A program made the translations under genes and the position numbers. A DNA stretch of 64,000 nt. Origin: Lingula anatina (Eukaryota; Animalia; Brachiopoda). Positions within the stretch are counted from its first letter, which is position 1. Each line of letters opens with the position of its first letter. Positions 15,501-29,984 of this stretch are shown here, piece after piece. A model generated the notes under the pieces. It was not told where the DNA came from and did no database searches. It saw only the letters and a list, made by a program, of their open reading frames with translations. The DNA is taken from the NCBI GenBank assembly GCA_051362555.1, contig CM120641.1, forward strand, positions 26,852,401 to 26,916,400, given 5' to 3'.

Positions 15501-18500
15501 ACAGGTACTTCAAATATATTCATACCTGTGGACGAAGCACTACTTGGGGCCAGCTATTTTCATAACTTGGCCAAGGCCTCTGTATATTCAATACAGTCTT
15601 CTGATTAGGAGCAGACTGGGATTACTATCTCAATCATTCCTGTGGCTGGTGAACCGTCCACTTGGACATACCTGGTAGCTGATATAAACCTAGGCTATTT
15701 TTATAGCCTTCTCCACTTGGGGTTGAGGCTACTTGCTTCCAGTTTTAACCTCTTTTAAAGGGAATGCCTGCCTACAAATTAGACAATTTGTGGTTAGTCT
15801 GGTTGTGGATGTTACACCTGGTTTGGTGCTCAGTAGAGCAGTGGTGGTATAAACAAATGGATAAAAATGACAAGAAGTTTTGTTTTCATATCAGTCTCAT
15901 TTGTAAATCATTCGGCCATGAAATTGGGTGGTTGGTTGTCTTGACAAAGCAAAACTATCTTGTGATAGATGGTCAACTTAGATGTCAACATTCTGGAGAG
16001 CCTGATTGAAAAGGCCATACACGCCTGTTGAACAGATCGCGGAAGCAATATACAGCCTGGAATTTTTTTTAAAAGAAAAGGCACAATGTGCCTGCTCTGA
16101 ATCCTCTGTAGCGGCGAGAATAGAAAACATAACTTGTATTTTATGCAGATGTAATCTCTGGATCCATTTGAATTGCATAACAACTTTGTTGCCTTTTAAT
16201 AACAGATTTGGAAAGGGGTGTTTTTTTTTAGGTCTGATGTGATTAGAGGTAGAGTTCAAGGGGTCGGGTACAATGTTCTCAGTTGGTGCTGGTGACTGCA
16301 TACTTGGCCACTCAGCCATTTGAATGGGTTCTTTAGATCGCATTCTGCGTTGACCGCTGGACTGTAAGCTGTATTTGCAAACATTGCTTACAACTTTGTA
16401 TACAACCTGGCAGTGTGCCTTGTATGTCTCTTGTTCTTCCCCCTCTCCTCTTTTCTCTTTTGGTGTTAATAGAATTGTGAGCAAGTTGTGGAGTGTTAAT
16501 ATGCTAACTAGTTGTCACGGCATACCTCGGATCAAATTTGATTTGAATTTATTCTGTTAAAAAGGTCGATCTCTGGATTGGCCCCTGATACCATATTAGA
16601 TATTAATTGATTGGTAACCCTTGTTCTTGCCCTCTCCCTCTGGCACATTGTTTGTGGGTTCTTATAACCTGTAATTCAATAGGTTTAGACTGCTACTGAT
16701 CAACTGAGACTTGTTTTGCTAAGGGAAAACTGAGTGAATTATTGTGAACTCAGCTGTGGGTGAAATGCAAAGTTGCAGCCTATTGTGTAAGACTGCTTTA
16801 ACTCTGCATATCCCCGAAGCAGCCATTAGTTGAACCTATTAGTATAACTTGGAATTAATGGGTGTTTGGAGGGTCTGATTTTAAATATTTAAATCACCCA
16901 GGCTGAAGGTAACTAGTGGGAAAATGTTCTCCAGTGACTAAAAAACAAAAAAAAAAACAAAAAAAAAATTTAGTTGAACCAAAGTTTCAATAATAAACAT
17001 TATTTTCAGAATTCATCATGCATTTGTTTTGATGCTTTGAATTCATTTTGCATACAAAAAAAGAAAAGAAAAAAAAAGCTGAAGCTTTTTAGTCACGTCA
17101 TAGTATGCAGACAAGAAACTAGATGAAGATTTATGTGTCTGGTATGTAGAAGGTGTCGTGTAATTGCATGATATACCAAATATAATGTTGTACATGGTTG
17201 GGTAATTAGCACAACGTTACCTGCCAGGAAGTGTAACATATGCCCCCTGATAACATGATGTGACAATTTTAAGTACCTTGAAACCATGTACATTTATCTT
17301 TAATGTCAGAACACCTCCTGAGCACCTGAGTTTTCTCTTGCAATTATTGTCAGTCATTTTTTTTTATTTGAGTGGGAATTGTTTTAATGCCAAATGTTGC
17401 AACTGTTGAAGTACTTTTTTTTAGTCACTTAATTCAGGGAATATAACTAAATGATTTATTGTAAAAAAGCAGTCATGATGCATTGTAACATCAGCCAACA
17501 TCAGCTGAGAGAAAAAAAAAACTTTCAGAAGTGCCTCAGACTTGACCTTTCCAACTTTGAACAGGAAATAGTATGCAGGGGAAATCTGATGTCTGTGTTA
17601 TCTTTTACCTCCAAGAATATACAAGCTATTTTTTTCCTAGCATTTTAGAATGTGAGTAATCAGAGTAGATATCCAAACCAGATGGGAGCACCTCTCATTC
17701 ACAGATTTCCTCATGACCTGGGGCACCTGCTAGGGCAGATAGTCAGCCTGGAGTTTACGTATTAAAACCCTATAATGTGCACACCTCTGAATCTTGACAG
17801 TTTTATCAGCAAGCTGTGTCAGACATTAAAGAGGTGCATCAAGAGTGAATGACTTGGAATTTACAGGTGGGCCTCTCTGCCTGGGATTTAGTACACCATG
17901 ATGTTGCTGAGTAATAAAGCATATTTTTCAGTTTGTAATGTCATGGATTAAATATGGTTAGGTATTTTAATTTTTTGACCCCCTACTATATTGCCCTTTT
18001 TCGTAAGTACAGGCTGCACAGTTAAACTGAATGTCTTGTTTTGGCAACAGAGTGTTTGGCAGCAACAATCAGCTGATTGCCTCTTATTACTTGTCAAAAC
18101 CTTGGATGAGGCTTATATGATGGCCTTGACTTGTATACAACTAAATAATAATTGGGCACAGTCACTCATTGCTGGGGGGAAAAAGTGAAATCAACGATAA
18201 AGCCATTTGTTTCTCGTAATAGGAAAAGCTAAACTTTTGTGAAAAATAATTTACAGCCAATTTTATTTGATGCTTATGAAATATGATAGAGTACATGTAG
18301 AGTACAAATCAAAAAGAATTTTTTTTGTTACCAAAGTAAAATATATATTTGTGTAGCACTTTGTATTAAGTTCAAAATCCAGCCTTCCTTTGGGAAAAAA
18401 AAACATATTTAAAATGCTACTTGATCAGATGTTTATGTTTTGGTCTATGATAAGCTTAGTCTGTTTGGTACAGTAACTTTGTCAAATGGCATGGAATTCT

Positions 18501-21500
18501 TGGTCAAATGTAGCAATAATAGCACTGTGTGGACCCAGGTACTACCTTGTCACATACAGGTACGTGTTTTCCTGATGTCCTGCAGGAACTAGCTTGTGTC
18601 TGTACTGGAGGAAGGACCAACTCAAAGATGTGTTTGCAGTTTAATTATGTCCCAAGGTAACACACGTGGGACAAGTCAAGTTGATTCGTTTTATGAAATT
18701 TAAGTGCATCTGTTTTAATTATGCTATATTTTGGACTAAGCACATCCCTTCCAGTTTCAAGTGAAATTATTCATAGCCATGATAAGCAGATTCTTGAGAG
18801 ATGAAAATTGGGAATTGGAAAGAACAATTGTTGTGCAAGCCTGTGCTATGTGCTTACAGCAAAGTGAACTGCAAAGTATTTGCCTTAAGGGTGAATTCTT
18901 TGTTTGACCTTTCCTGACTTAGTACATAATTGAATGTTTCATTGTCTCGTTTTTATGTATTTTTTTTGTAGGGTCATGTTATACCATAGTGCAGACAATG
19001 GTATGGGGGATCAAACTGTCATGCTTTCAGTTATATACAATTGCAGTACAAAGATTAAGCTTTGAAAAGCCACACGGAAGTCTGCCACATGAACATTCAT
19101 GAATTTATTGATTATCCCAAATTCCAAACTATTCTCCGTTTTCATATCTTTTGGTTTCTCTTATTGGAAATCCATGAGTTGGATTAATATTGTGAAACCA
19201 GTTCTCATGCACAAGAAAGCCTAGTTCAGAGCAGAGATATTAGGTATCACTCTATTTATCAAAGAGGCCAACAAATTGTTCTGTCAATTTTTTATAACAA
19301 GATTAATGATGTGGAAATTCAATAAAACCCACAGTCAATAACGTTTGGGATTTTGAATAAAATGTGCTTCTCTCAGAACAGCACTTGATATCATAAAACC
19401 ATTATAGTAAGGCACTGACATACCGTAACACTCACTTCATATATATCAAAAGATTGAATTGCCACTTGTGAGATTGGTGTCAACATTGGTCAAATGCAGC
19501 TTCAGAAATTAAAAGCACTGAATCCAATTTAGTACTTTGTACCAACACATTTTGCCAAGTGACCCTGGCCTACAAGACATTCTGTCATGTTTAAACGAAA
19601 TAACAATTGAATGGCATTCAGAGAAAACGGCTCTTACTGCTGTTGAATTTTATAACTGTAATATGTACAGTAGAGGTTATTTTAAAGGGTTCATTTTCTG
19701 AGAAAATAACAATTGAGGGAGTGTTTTGATTTCAAACAGAAGTTTCATTTAATGACCAATCTGATCAATGTGTTGTGGCAATCTCTGCCACTGCAGTATT
19801 TGGTGTCTAAATGAATAATGTGATAATTTGTGGATTGGCATGTCTGTATCAGATGTATTATTGATGATCTGAATGTGAGGGATTTATCAGGTAGATTCCC
19901 ATAGACTTCACTTGTTAGCACAGGTCATGTTGCCAAACCTTCCTCTGTGAGAATTAGATTAGGAAAAGCAAACTGGAGGCCAGTGTCACAAAAAAATAAA
20001 AGACCAGAAGGTGGTCTAAACTTAAAAAGCAGAAAAAAGTCTGTAGACTTCAACTCGGGATAAAATGCATAGTATTCTACTAAAATAAAGGTACTATGGA
20101 TCTAAAAGAGCCATTTTGCAATATTCCATGTAAGCAGACTACCACTTTATCTTGGGTAAAGACTCAAAGTTTTGGTTTTAAAATTAAGACCAACTTTCGA
20201 TCTTAACTTTTTTAAATAAAATCCATCCCAGTGTCGTCCACTTTGTGGTCATCTGTCACCATATAACCTCAGTGATAAAACAAGCCTACCTAGCAGATAG
20301 CATCTCAACCATGAATGATCTTTAAGTCAGGTTTTTCATGACATATCTATATCAAAATGTAATTTAAAGGCCATTTCATCAATTTCTTATAGGTTTTGAT
20401 ATAGATCTTAATTTTATGAAACAAGTTAACTCATTTGTGTATGTATGTGTCAGCATGTGCCAGAAAAGTGCTGAAGGCATTTTAAAATCACTTAATGAAG
20501 TTACAATTCTAATCAAGAGTTATCTTTATCGTGTTGGAGGACTGATATTGCACCCTTTTAACACGGCCATTCCTGTACGCTCCCCCGTCCACATGGCTCA
20601 TTCCTTACCTACCAGGTGCAAGGCTTTTAACCCAAAGCCTTCCGAGTTCCAAGTCTTAGGTGATAAGATTACACAAACCGAACTATTTCTGGGCACTTTC
20701 CAATCTCTAATGAAATCAGCATTTAAACAAACAAGGGTGGAATACTGGGCTTGCTTAATGCGTCATTGCTGGTGACAAGTTAAAAGTGTTTGATTATTAT
20801 GGAGTAATGATAGCTGACAGTATGTAAACATTCAGGTGCTTATAGAAGGCAGGGACCCTTCAGCCAGTGCCCTACTTCATGGGACTGGGGGGTGATAAAT
20901 TCTTTCTAAATTACTTTACGATGTAGCTCAAATAGGTTTAGGTAAAGGAACCAGACATTTCTTAGACGCAGGAGCAATTCAGATGGTTTAATGATAAATA
21001 ACTATTTGATAGCAGATGTGAATTTTTATATCTTGAAAGTAGAATTGTTAAATTTTCTGGTTGCATAGAATCTAATACCTCTAGCTTATGCTGAAATAAA
21101 CTCGGAAAATTGGATGCATAGACATATTAAAATTCATAGAGTGTACTTGAACTTTTGTTTGCCTCCTGGGGGTTGAGCACTTAACTACCCAGTTGGAATT
21201 TTAAATTGTTATTTGTAATACTTCTGTCTTCCAAGAGTTATTCGCTGTAAGGGTCCATTATTGTGGATTTATGTTGTTCCTTATTGCTTTTTTAATGAAA
21301 TCATGAATATCAAACCACACACTTTACTTAGGTGTTTCAAAGCCATATTTTGACTATAAGTAAAATGGAGTATGTAGGTTTCTTTTTCTGCATGTCCATG
21401 TACAAATTGCCCACCACTGAAATCTGACCATTTGAACTTTATAACTTTTATCTATAGACCAGCCTGATATTGTGTGTTTTTGTTGTTTCAGGATGTCCTG

Positions 21501-21743
21501 CAGCAACTGGTTGTTATGGAAGCTCCAAATATTCTCCTAATCTGCAGAGAACCAGATACAGGTACTGATATGGCGAAGGGTTTTCATGCTGTTTTGATAC
21601 ACTAGAAACTTAATACTGCATGATAGAGACTGTACATGTATAATTTGTATAATAATTATAATTCCTTTATTGATGCTAGCACACTTGGTACAAAAACTAT
21701 GATTTAACAATTTAATACATGATATACTGATAAATGCACAATA

Positions 21744-21814
<71 letters not shown>

Positions 21815-24800
21815 CAAGTGTGTGTGTGTGATATTGGTTTAACTTTTCAAGTGATTGCTTTGGTTTGAACTAAGGATTGTCTTATTGGTCATTGGTGGTA
21901 TTGTTAATAGGCTACCCCACCACCCTCCAAAAAAGGAAGTTATAATAGATAATAATAATATTAGATAAGGGTGAGGGGGGGGAGAAAAAGATACCTAAAT
22001 GAAATGACCAATTCCCAATTGAGTCCCATAGAATATTTTATTAATTTTTTTTTTTTTTTCAAATTTAAAAAAATTTAATTAAGATTTTATAACGTGTATT
22101 ATTCTTTGTTATTATATTTTACAGAGGCCAGTGTCAATGAGCTCCAGAAAGCACTATTGATGATTCTCGGCTGTGCTGTCCAGTGCGAACAGAAGGAAGA
22201 TTTTATTGAGATCATCAAGTCCCTGGACATAGAAGTCCAACATGCCATGGTTGTTCACATCAAAGAGGTAAATAAGTGAACTCAGTAGACCACATCATGA
22301 GACTGGCTATAATAGGTTGAAAGTCACAATAGTGCAGATGTTATCCAAATGCATGCTCCTTAGCCATAATGAGTTGTAGGATAATACTTTCTGCTTTCTA
22401 GTAACAATATTTATTTATTCACATACATGCACAAAGGCAATAAACATTTCTCTTGGTCAGTTTAAGAAGGAGGGTTGTGATTAATATTTGTTCACAGTTT
22501 TGTACTAAGTGCTGTACTAAAACAGTGGATATTATCATAGAGAAAGTGCAAGTGCATATTGAACCAGCTTTAATACTGCACCTGGCTATTCATTACCTGG
22601 TGTGTGTAAGTTTCCTGAAAACATACCCAGTCATACTTTGTGTCATACACTGTGGTAAAAAAACCTCAATAACCTCCTGATAAGAGGATTTATATGAGAT
22701 CAGCCATATCTGCATGAATTACCGACCCAGTGCAGTGTGTTTAGTAAACAAATTAGGTCCATGATCAAACATCTAAGTTGTGATAATATTCAAAAGCAAA
22801 ATACAGCCTGTGTTTTATATGTTGTTTGATATTCTGGAGGAAATAAGTTTATCTGCTGATTATAGAAACCCTTGGGTTGTACAGATAGTAAGAAAAACTA
22901 GATCAGAGGTGTCGCATCCTGCTGATTAACTAGCTTTTGCACCTGCATATTTGTTTAATACTGTTTGGTTGCAAGAGATTTTTATCTTTCTGTTTGATAA
23001 GAACTGAATGGTTGTTCTATTTAAAAAAAAACTATGTCTCAGAAATAATCAAGTTAATCCAACCATTGATGTTTGCTTTCAATATTTTTCAGTGTTAAGA
23101 ACTTTTAGTATTTCATGGTGATACATAACATAACATGTAGATTGTATTACAAAATAATATTATCAGAGACTGATACAGAAAAAAAAACTTAACTACATTT
23201 CTATCAACACAAATCCAGATGCTCAGGTTCAAAGTGTTTGATAGAAAAAAAAAGATTTTGATTGATAAAACGTCCATTCTTGTCTTCTTGAAACCTAAAT
23301 TAAGCTAATCAGCTTGTACAAGCACATATGGCCACCCATCTTATGATGTATTCAAAACTGATCTAACTTGAACCAGAAATAATCTAATTGATACTGCCAT
23401 AAGAACAAGTCACATCAGAAACCCATCATTTCTAATGCTTTGAAATCCCATTTAGAGCTGTGCACAACATATTGTCTGGTGAGTCAGGAATATATATTTT
23501 TGGTTTAAGTTGGACACATTCTGAACATGTCTTCAGGCATCTAAGTACAGCTGTTCTCAGGAATCTGTTCCCAGGTTCTATTCAACAGACATATGTCACA
23601 GTCTGCTCTTTAAAAGCCATCATCTGTTCAGTTTTTTTTTAACTGCAGCAATTATGGGACAATAGCAGCTGTAGAGTATGTAATCCGTTTGTTAAATTAA
23701 AAACATAATGACTGCCGCACAAATGTGCAGATATTAATTCTGATGTGTACTTTACTTGACTTGTAAAAAAAGAGAGTTGACAAATCTCTTTGGCCTTTAA
23801 TCTTGAGTCTGTGTTGTTTTTAAAAAAAGTTTAGAATGGCATGGATGTTTGTTAAAAAAAAAATCATATTTGAACTTCTGCTTAAGTTGGTAGTGGTACA
23901 CAAGAAAGGATTTTTTATGGCAATATTAAAATGCGTTTTGTAACAAAATAGGTGAGAGCAATACTCTTAGGATTAACTTGCTCATTATTTCAGAAACTGT
24001 ATTTTGTACCATTTCTGATCTGACAGAGGCTGTTCATTAGGAAGACTTAAAACTGAAATATAAAGTAGAGGAAATCCCTCCGTTATATGAACTGCGTGAT
24101 CAGCCCATTCAGGTGGGCACTAGTAATAAATTACCTGCCATGGATAGATTATGTGTCCAGTACATCATCAGGTGATGCTTGGAACAGCTGTCTGGTAATA
24201 TGAGATATTAATGTTGTCTAGTCATGTAGAAGCTGCCTCTACTGACTGACTTGGTGGTATATAGAATACCTAACAAGCCAATCGCCAGCTGATATTGGCA
24301 GGTAGATCAATATGCTGTCACTGCTTGATCTCGGGGGTTTTAGCCCCTGTAAGACTTCTGTAGGATTTAGATTTGTCTAATTTGATGAAAATGAAGCAGT
24401 GTAAGACATTTGAACATATACAGTTTCCACAGATAATTTCTTTGTCATATAGAAAAGGTGGGAATATATTACCCTTTGAAATGTTTTCTGCCTATAAAGC
24501 TGAAAAGACAATAAAAAAGTGTTGTTGGTTTTTGTGTAAAATGGTCAAAGAAAGGGATAAATTCTTCCCCTTTATTAGCATTCTTTGTTCCCTCTTTGCA
24601 TATGAAGGAATATATAGAATTATTGTGCAACTGAAGACAGCAAGCTTACAAGACATGGTCTGCAATCAAGCCTTGGGAATCCCACAAATCCCCCTTTAAT
24701 ATCGGTATTATTTCAGCCAGTGAAGCACAGAAATTATTTCCAACTTTGGTTTGTGTAAGATGGGGCGTATTTGCTACTGAAGTCTGATATGTAGTCTGTT

Positions 24801-27800
24801 GGGAAAATGCTTCCTAATGAAACATTGGCACTAATTAAGCAAGACCATTTATACTTCATAATTCAGCAATTAAAGACAAACCTTTGGGATTACGCACATG
24901 GTTTAACTTTGAGCAGAAGCTTTTATATCGTAAAATTGAGAATGATCATGGAAAGATTTACTGTAAATGCAAATATATACAAATTATGAAATTTTAAGCA
25001 TTTTGATAGAAAGGTTGCACTCAAAGACCACACAAAAGATAAGAGTATGAAACATAACATCTGAACACCAGAGGCAGTTTAAGAAGCCTGACATGAGAAC
25101 ATGAGAAAGATGCCCTGTAATGGCAGGTCAGATGCACGCCTGCAAAAAAAAAAAAGTTTTAAAAATCTCTTTGTGGAAATATGATATTGCACCTGAATGT
25201 TTATTATAGTTCAGTTGCCAGTTTTTTGGCATTTTTAAGTTGTGGTTTTTGAGCCGATTAAAGTTAGTGGGATATTCCAAGATAAATGGGCTATTAGATT
25301 TAGCATGGAGACAAGAGGAGATAGAGAGAGAGAGATAAAGAACTCATTTGAAAATCAGACAAGAGAGGAAATTAAAAATGCAAATTACATGTAACAGTCA
25401 TGTTTCATCTTTGTGTAAAAATAATATCTCATGCTCAAATCTATTGAATTCTCTGTTCCAGATCACAGATGATACAGACAACATCCTGCCCATAGAAATC
25501 CTGCCAGATGAGACGGAAGGCATGGCCAGATCTGTCCAAGTCTATCTACAAAGACTCATTGATGAAAGGGACCAATATTTCAAGGTAAAAAGAGTTCTCA
25601 TAACTGATCCCCTGGCCAACACACGTGTACATACACCAGGGTGGTCTGTTAGGGAAAAGAGAGAGCAATGGATGCCTTTGTGTCCAGTTGCTGATTTATA
25701 ATAATTTGGTTCATTCAAGTGAAACTCAGTAGAGTGAAACTGTAAAAACAGTATACTGAAAATGATCGGTGTTTCTGCACCTGGAATGGTTTTCCGAGAA
25801 TAATGAAACATAGTCTGTTCTGAATTTAGTTTCACACTTGAGAGAATATCGCTGCTTCCTTAGTAATCTAAGTGACCTTTTCACAGAAGTCATTATCAAT
25901 CAGGTATCCATCCGTGCGAGCAATCTATTCAGAATTAGAATTAGATGATAATATCTGAATAATTTGCTGCTGCTTTTGTTTTTCTCCTCAGGATCTGGCC
26001 AAGGCAACAATAGAAAACGATTATTTCCAGTCACAGTTAGAGAATGCCAAGTTGACCAATGCCCCCTCCTCCCCTGCCACCCCAGAGAAACATCACCTGG
26101 GTGTGGAGCTGGCAGAAAGCAAGGCAAAGCTGAGGAGACTCAGGCAGGAGCTGTAAGTCTTAACAGTCTGCTACTATTCACATAGCGGCACAAAAAAATG
26201 CTGGTTTTTTATAAAAAGTTAAAAATAAAAATAAAGAAAGCATAAACCATCCTGGATTTTCTTAGAGAGGTGTGCTTAAAAAAATATGAAGTAAAAGATG
26301 GAAAGAAAGAAATGTAAACTTACCGTTTGTATTTCAATTTGATTTGATAACACTAAGATGGGCTTTCCTTGGGTTTACATATTTAGTAATGCTTATTCAG
26401 ACATGCAATCTAGACTAGCTATGGATACACTATCCCGGCTTAATGGAGCATAGAAATTAGATAAGTAGTTTATAGTGAGCACCTAATGTGCTATGTAGAT
26501 TGTGCAGTGAAAGGGATCCAAGCTGAAATACCAGTCTATCCTGAGAATACAGATAACAAATATAGATTCACCCCCTTGATACAAAAGGTCATTTGTATAT
26601 GGCAAGCTTAATTTGATTATTGGACAGGATAATGAAGTGGTGTAAATGAGTTATTGTTCCTTACGTCAAATACAATTGTTTTTTGACCATCAACAGTTAT
26701 AGTCTATGAAATGGAAATAAATGTGTATAGTTTTACCATCCGATCTGTAGAACATGAGGTTTTATTTTGGCAGTTATGGAGTGGGGATAATTGCTACAGC
26801 TAATGTTTCCCATTCCGCCAAAATGTTATCATTCTTCTGAGGTCTTGGCTGATGTTAAGTTACCGCAGTTGAATAAATACTGGTAACAGTTCATGTATTG
26901 TGTCTATGAGATTAATGCTTGAATGAAATTTGGTGTTGTCCTAGGAAAGGATATATTTAGGTATATGATTCACAGAGTAATAAGTGCAGTGTGTTCCTGC
27001 ATGCATCTTATGTGTAATCAATATCTTTAATTGTTCCTCTTGTTTTTATTTTACTCCTGAAATGTGCTTGGTCCATGGTGGTAATGTTTTAGGTAATATT
27101 ACAGTTTCCTGTTTTTCAAACCCCTTTAAAGTGTACTTTTCTTCACGAGAAATGTTTGCTTTGCAGGGAAGAAAAAAATGAATTGGTTTCCGAGCTGAAA
27201 GATGAGCTTGAGGAGAACAAGGGTGTCCTTTCCAAACTAAGAAATGAGGTGGGTAGGCTTTGCTGTAAACATTTCTGAATTACTAGAATAATGCTTTACT
27301 AAATGTCACTTGTTATTAGTGGGAGAAAATAGGTCATCTTAATATGCGGTATGGAAAAAAAAAAGCTGTGGTATAAACACAATAGCATGTCTAACAGCAC
27401 ATATAATTGAATTTGACAACATCCTCTCATTAACTACAGCATGAGCATACTGCATCCTGTTTTAACTGTAGAAGTAAAATTACTGTCATTGCTTCTGGGA
27501 AAGAATAATAAATTTTGTTGATTGATGGCTAGGGTAGAAAGCAGCACTCAAAATGAGTAAATCTACCATTTTTCTCATTAATAACTTACACCCTGAGTTA
27601 ACAGACTTAAAAGTTGACTATACTCTTAAAATTTATACTTTATTACTTACACTGTTATGGAAAAAAATAATGCAAGGGGAATTATTCATAGTCAAAAATT
27701 AATTCATGAGTTGCACAGAGTTGGTTACCCCTGATGGGCCTCAACTTCTAGGTAGTCTTCAGAATTACGAACACTAGACCCATTCTTTTGTTTTTTGACA

Positions 27801-29934
27801 GAATCTTCAGCTGACCCAAGATGCTCGTGCTGCCAGAACATACAGAGATGAAGTGGATGTCCTTAGAGAAAAGGTGATGAATGTCATCTGCAGGAGTTTG
27901 AAAAGTACTTCATATGTTGTGAATTAAGATGTAATTCATGCCATGTTTTCCTTATGCCTGTGGTCTTTTTTATCAAAAAAATATTGCTCCCTTACAAAAC
28001 CACCAAACCAAATGCATGGCAACCCTAAAAACTGAAGAAGTACAATAAATATATAGTATTTAACTTATCAATATCCAGGCCAGCCGAGTGGAGAAATGCG
28101 ATGCTGAGATCAACCGTTACAAAGAGAAGCTGAATGAGCTTGAGTTCTACAAAGCCAGGGTGGATGAGTTGAGAGAAGACAACAAGATCTTGGTGGAGAC
28201 CAAGGCCATGTTGGAGGAACAGCTCTCCAGCAGTCACAGGAGGGTGGAGACAGTTATAGAACTGGAGAATGAGCTGATGAGATATAAGCAGAGAGTGGAG
28301 GAACTATACACAGTAAGTTAACTGAAATATAGGCTCGCAAAAGCTTAAGATATCTTTGGATATTATTAATCATATTTATTGCTTTTTATGTACAGACACA
28401 GATGTGTCTGTACATATAGCCATCATCTGCGTCTGCCGTCGCCGTCGTCGCCGTCGCCGTGCACTTTTACCGATAACACGATAAGTGGAAAACCATTTTA
28501 CCTTTTGACTTGAAACTTGCAGAACTGATGAATATTCATAATACGCAGGTCAAGTTCGAAAATCAGCATGATCGGGTCACTTATAGGGAATTTATGCTGT
28601 TTTTTCACTTTTTTCAGCATGTATGCAGCACCGATAACACGATAAGTGGAAAACCATTTTACCTTTTGACTTGAAACTTACAGAACTGATGAATATTCAT
28701 AATACGCAGGTCAAGTTCGAAAATCAGCATGATCGGGTCACTTTTTGGGAATTTATGCTGTCTTTTCACTTTTTTCAGCATATATGCAGCACCGATAACA
28801 CGATAAGTGGAAAACCGTTTTACCTTTTGACTTGAAACTTACAGAACTGATGAATATTCATAATACGCAGGTCAAGTTCGAAAATCAGCATGATCGGGTC
28901 ACTTTTTTGGAATTTATGCTGTCTTTTCACTTTTTTCAGCATATATGCAGCACCGATAACACGATAAGTGGAAAACCATTTTACCTTTTGACTTGAAACT
29001 TACAGAACTGATGAATATTCATAATACGCAGGTCAAGTTCGAAAATCAGCATGATCGGGTCACTTTTAGGGAATTTATGCTGTTTTTTCACTATTTTCAA
29101 TATAAGTGCAACACTGATAACACAATATAAGAAAAACGGATTGGCCAATTGTAATTATACTCACAGGAGTGGTCAATCTTACTAAAACGCAGGTTGAGTT
29201 TGAAAATAAGCATAATCGGGCCATTACTTAAGAAGTTATACTATTTTTTCACATTTCCTCAGATTCAATTATTAGGCATGTTAACAGTCTCATTATTTAA
29301 CTAATAAGATGCCTAAAAGTGTTTGTTTGATATTTCCTGCATCTTTACAACATTGTTAGTTGATTATGTAAAAAACATGGTAAACTTATTATCATGTATT
29401 GTGTAATAAAGTGTCAAAAATGGAAATAAACTCATATCATTGCAGTTTGTCAGATTCAATCATCCACTATGTTCAGAATCTCAGAATGGAGGAAATTGGA
29501 CATTTAACACTGTTCTATTGATACTTTTCCCATCTCATCAATTTTCTTAGTTGGACATATAAAAATGGCAGTAAAATGTTTATTTTGTTTTATGTTAAAA
29601 AAGTGTTAAAAATGGAAATAAACCCATTTCAGAACAGTGCTGTCTTGTTTACATTTTGGCATTATCAAGGCGTGACTTTGAAGTTCCATGGGCCTGAAGA
29701 CCTTTGCTAGTCACATTTTCTGAATATCTGTGATTCAAAATATTTTATAATTAAAAATTGATGGTCATTAAGCTGTTAAACATTATGTAATATTGCATCA
29801 AAATTTGAAGAAACCCCCATTTTGGGCACTGCTTCCATGATGACCATTTAAGGAAAATCATGTCACTTACTGTTTTCAAACTTACAGGATAGAAACATGG
29901 GACTAAAATACAGCTTCAGTAGGCAATGCAGTCT

Positions 29935-29984
<50 letters not shown>

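Noticed and set aside
15978-16484. 168-aa minus-strand ORF in a CCDC88 intron
   Set aside because: No recognisable domain, non-ATG start and no supporting exon structure.
25887-25903. Possible 17-nt microexon (cag|AAGTCATTATCAATCAG|gtatc)
   Set aside because: Not a multiple of 3, and the flanking exons already join in frame.
28469-29255. Tandem array considered as CRISPR-like
   Set aside because: Eukaryotic context and identical units with no unique spacers; explained by the HINE.
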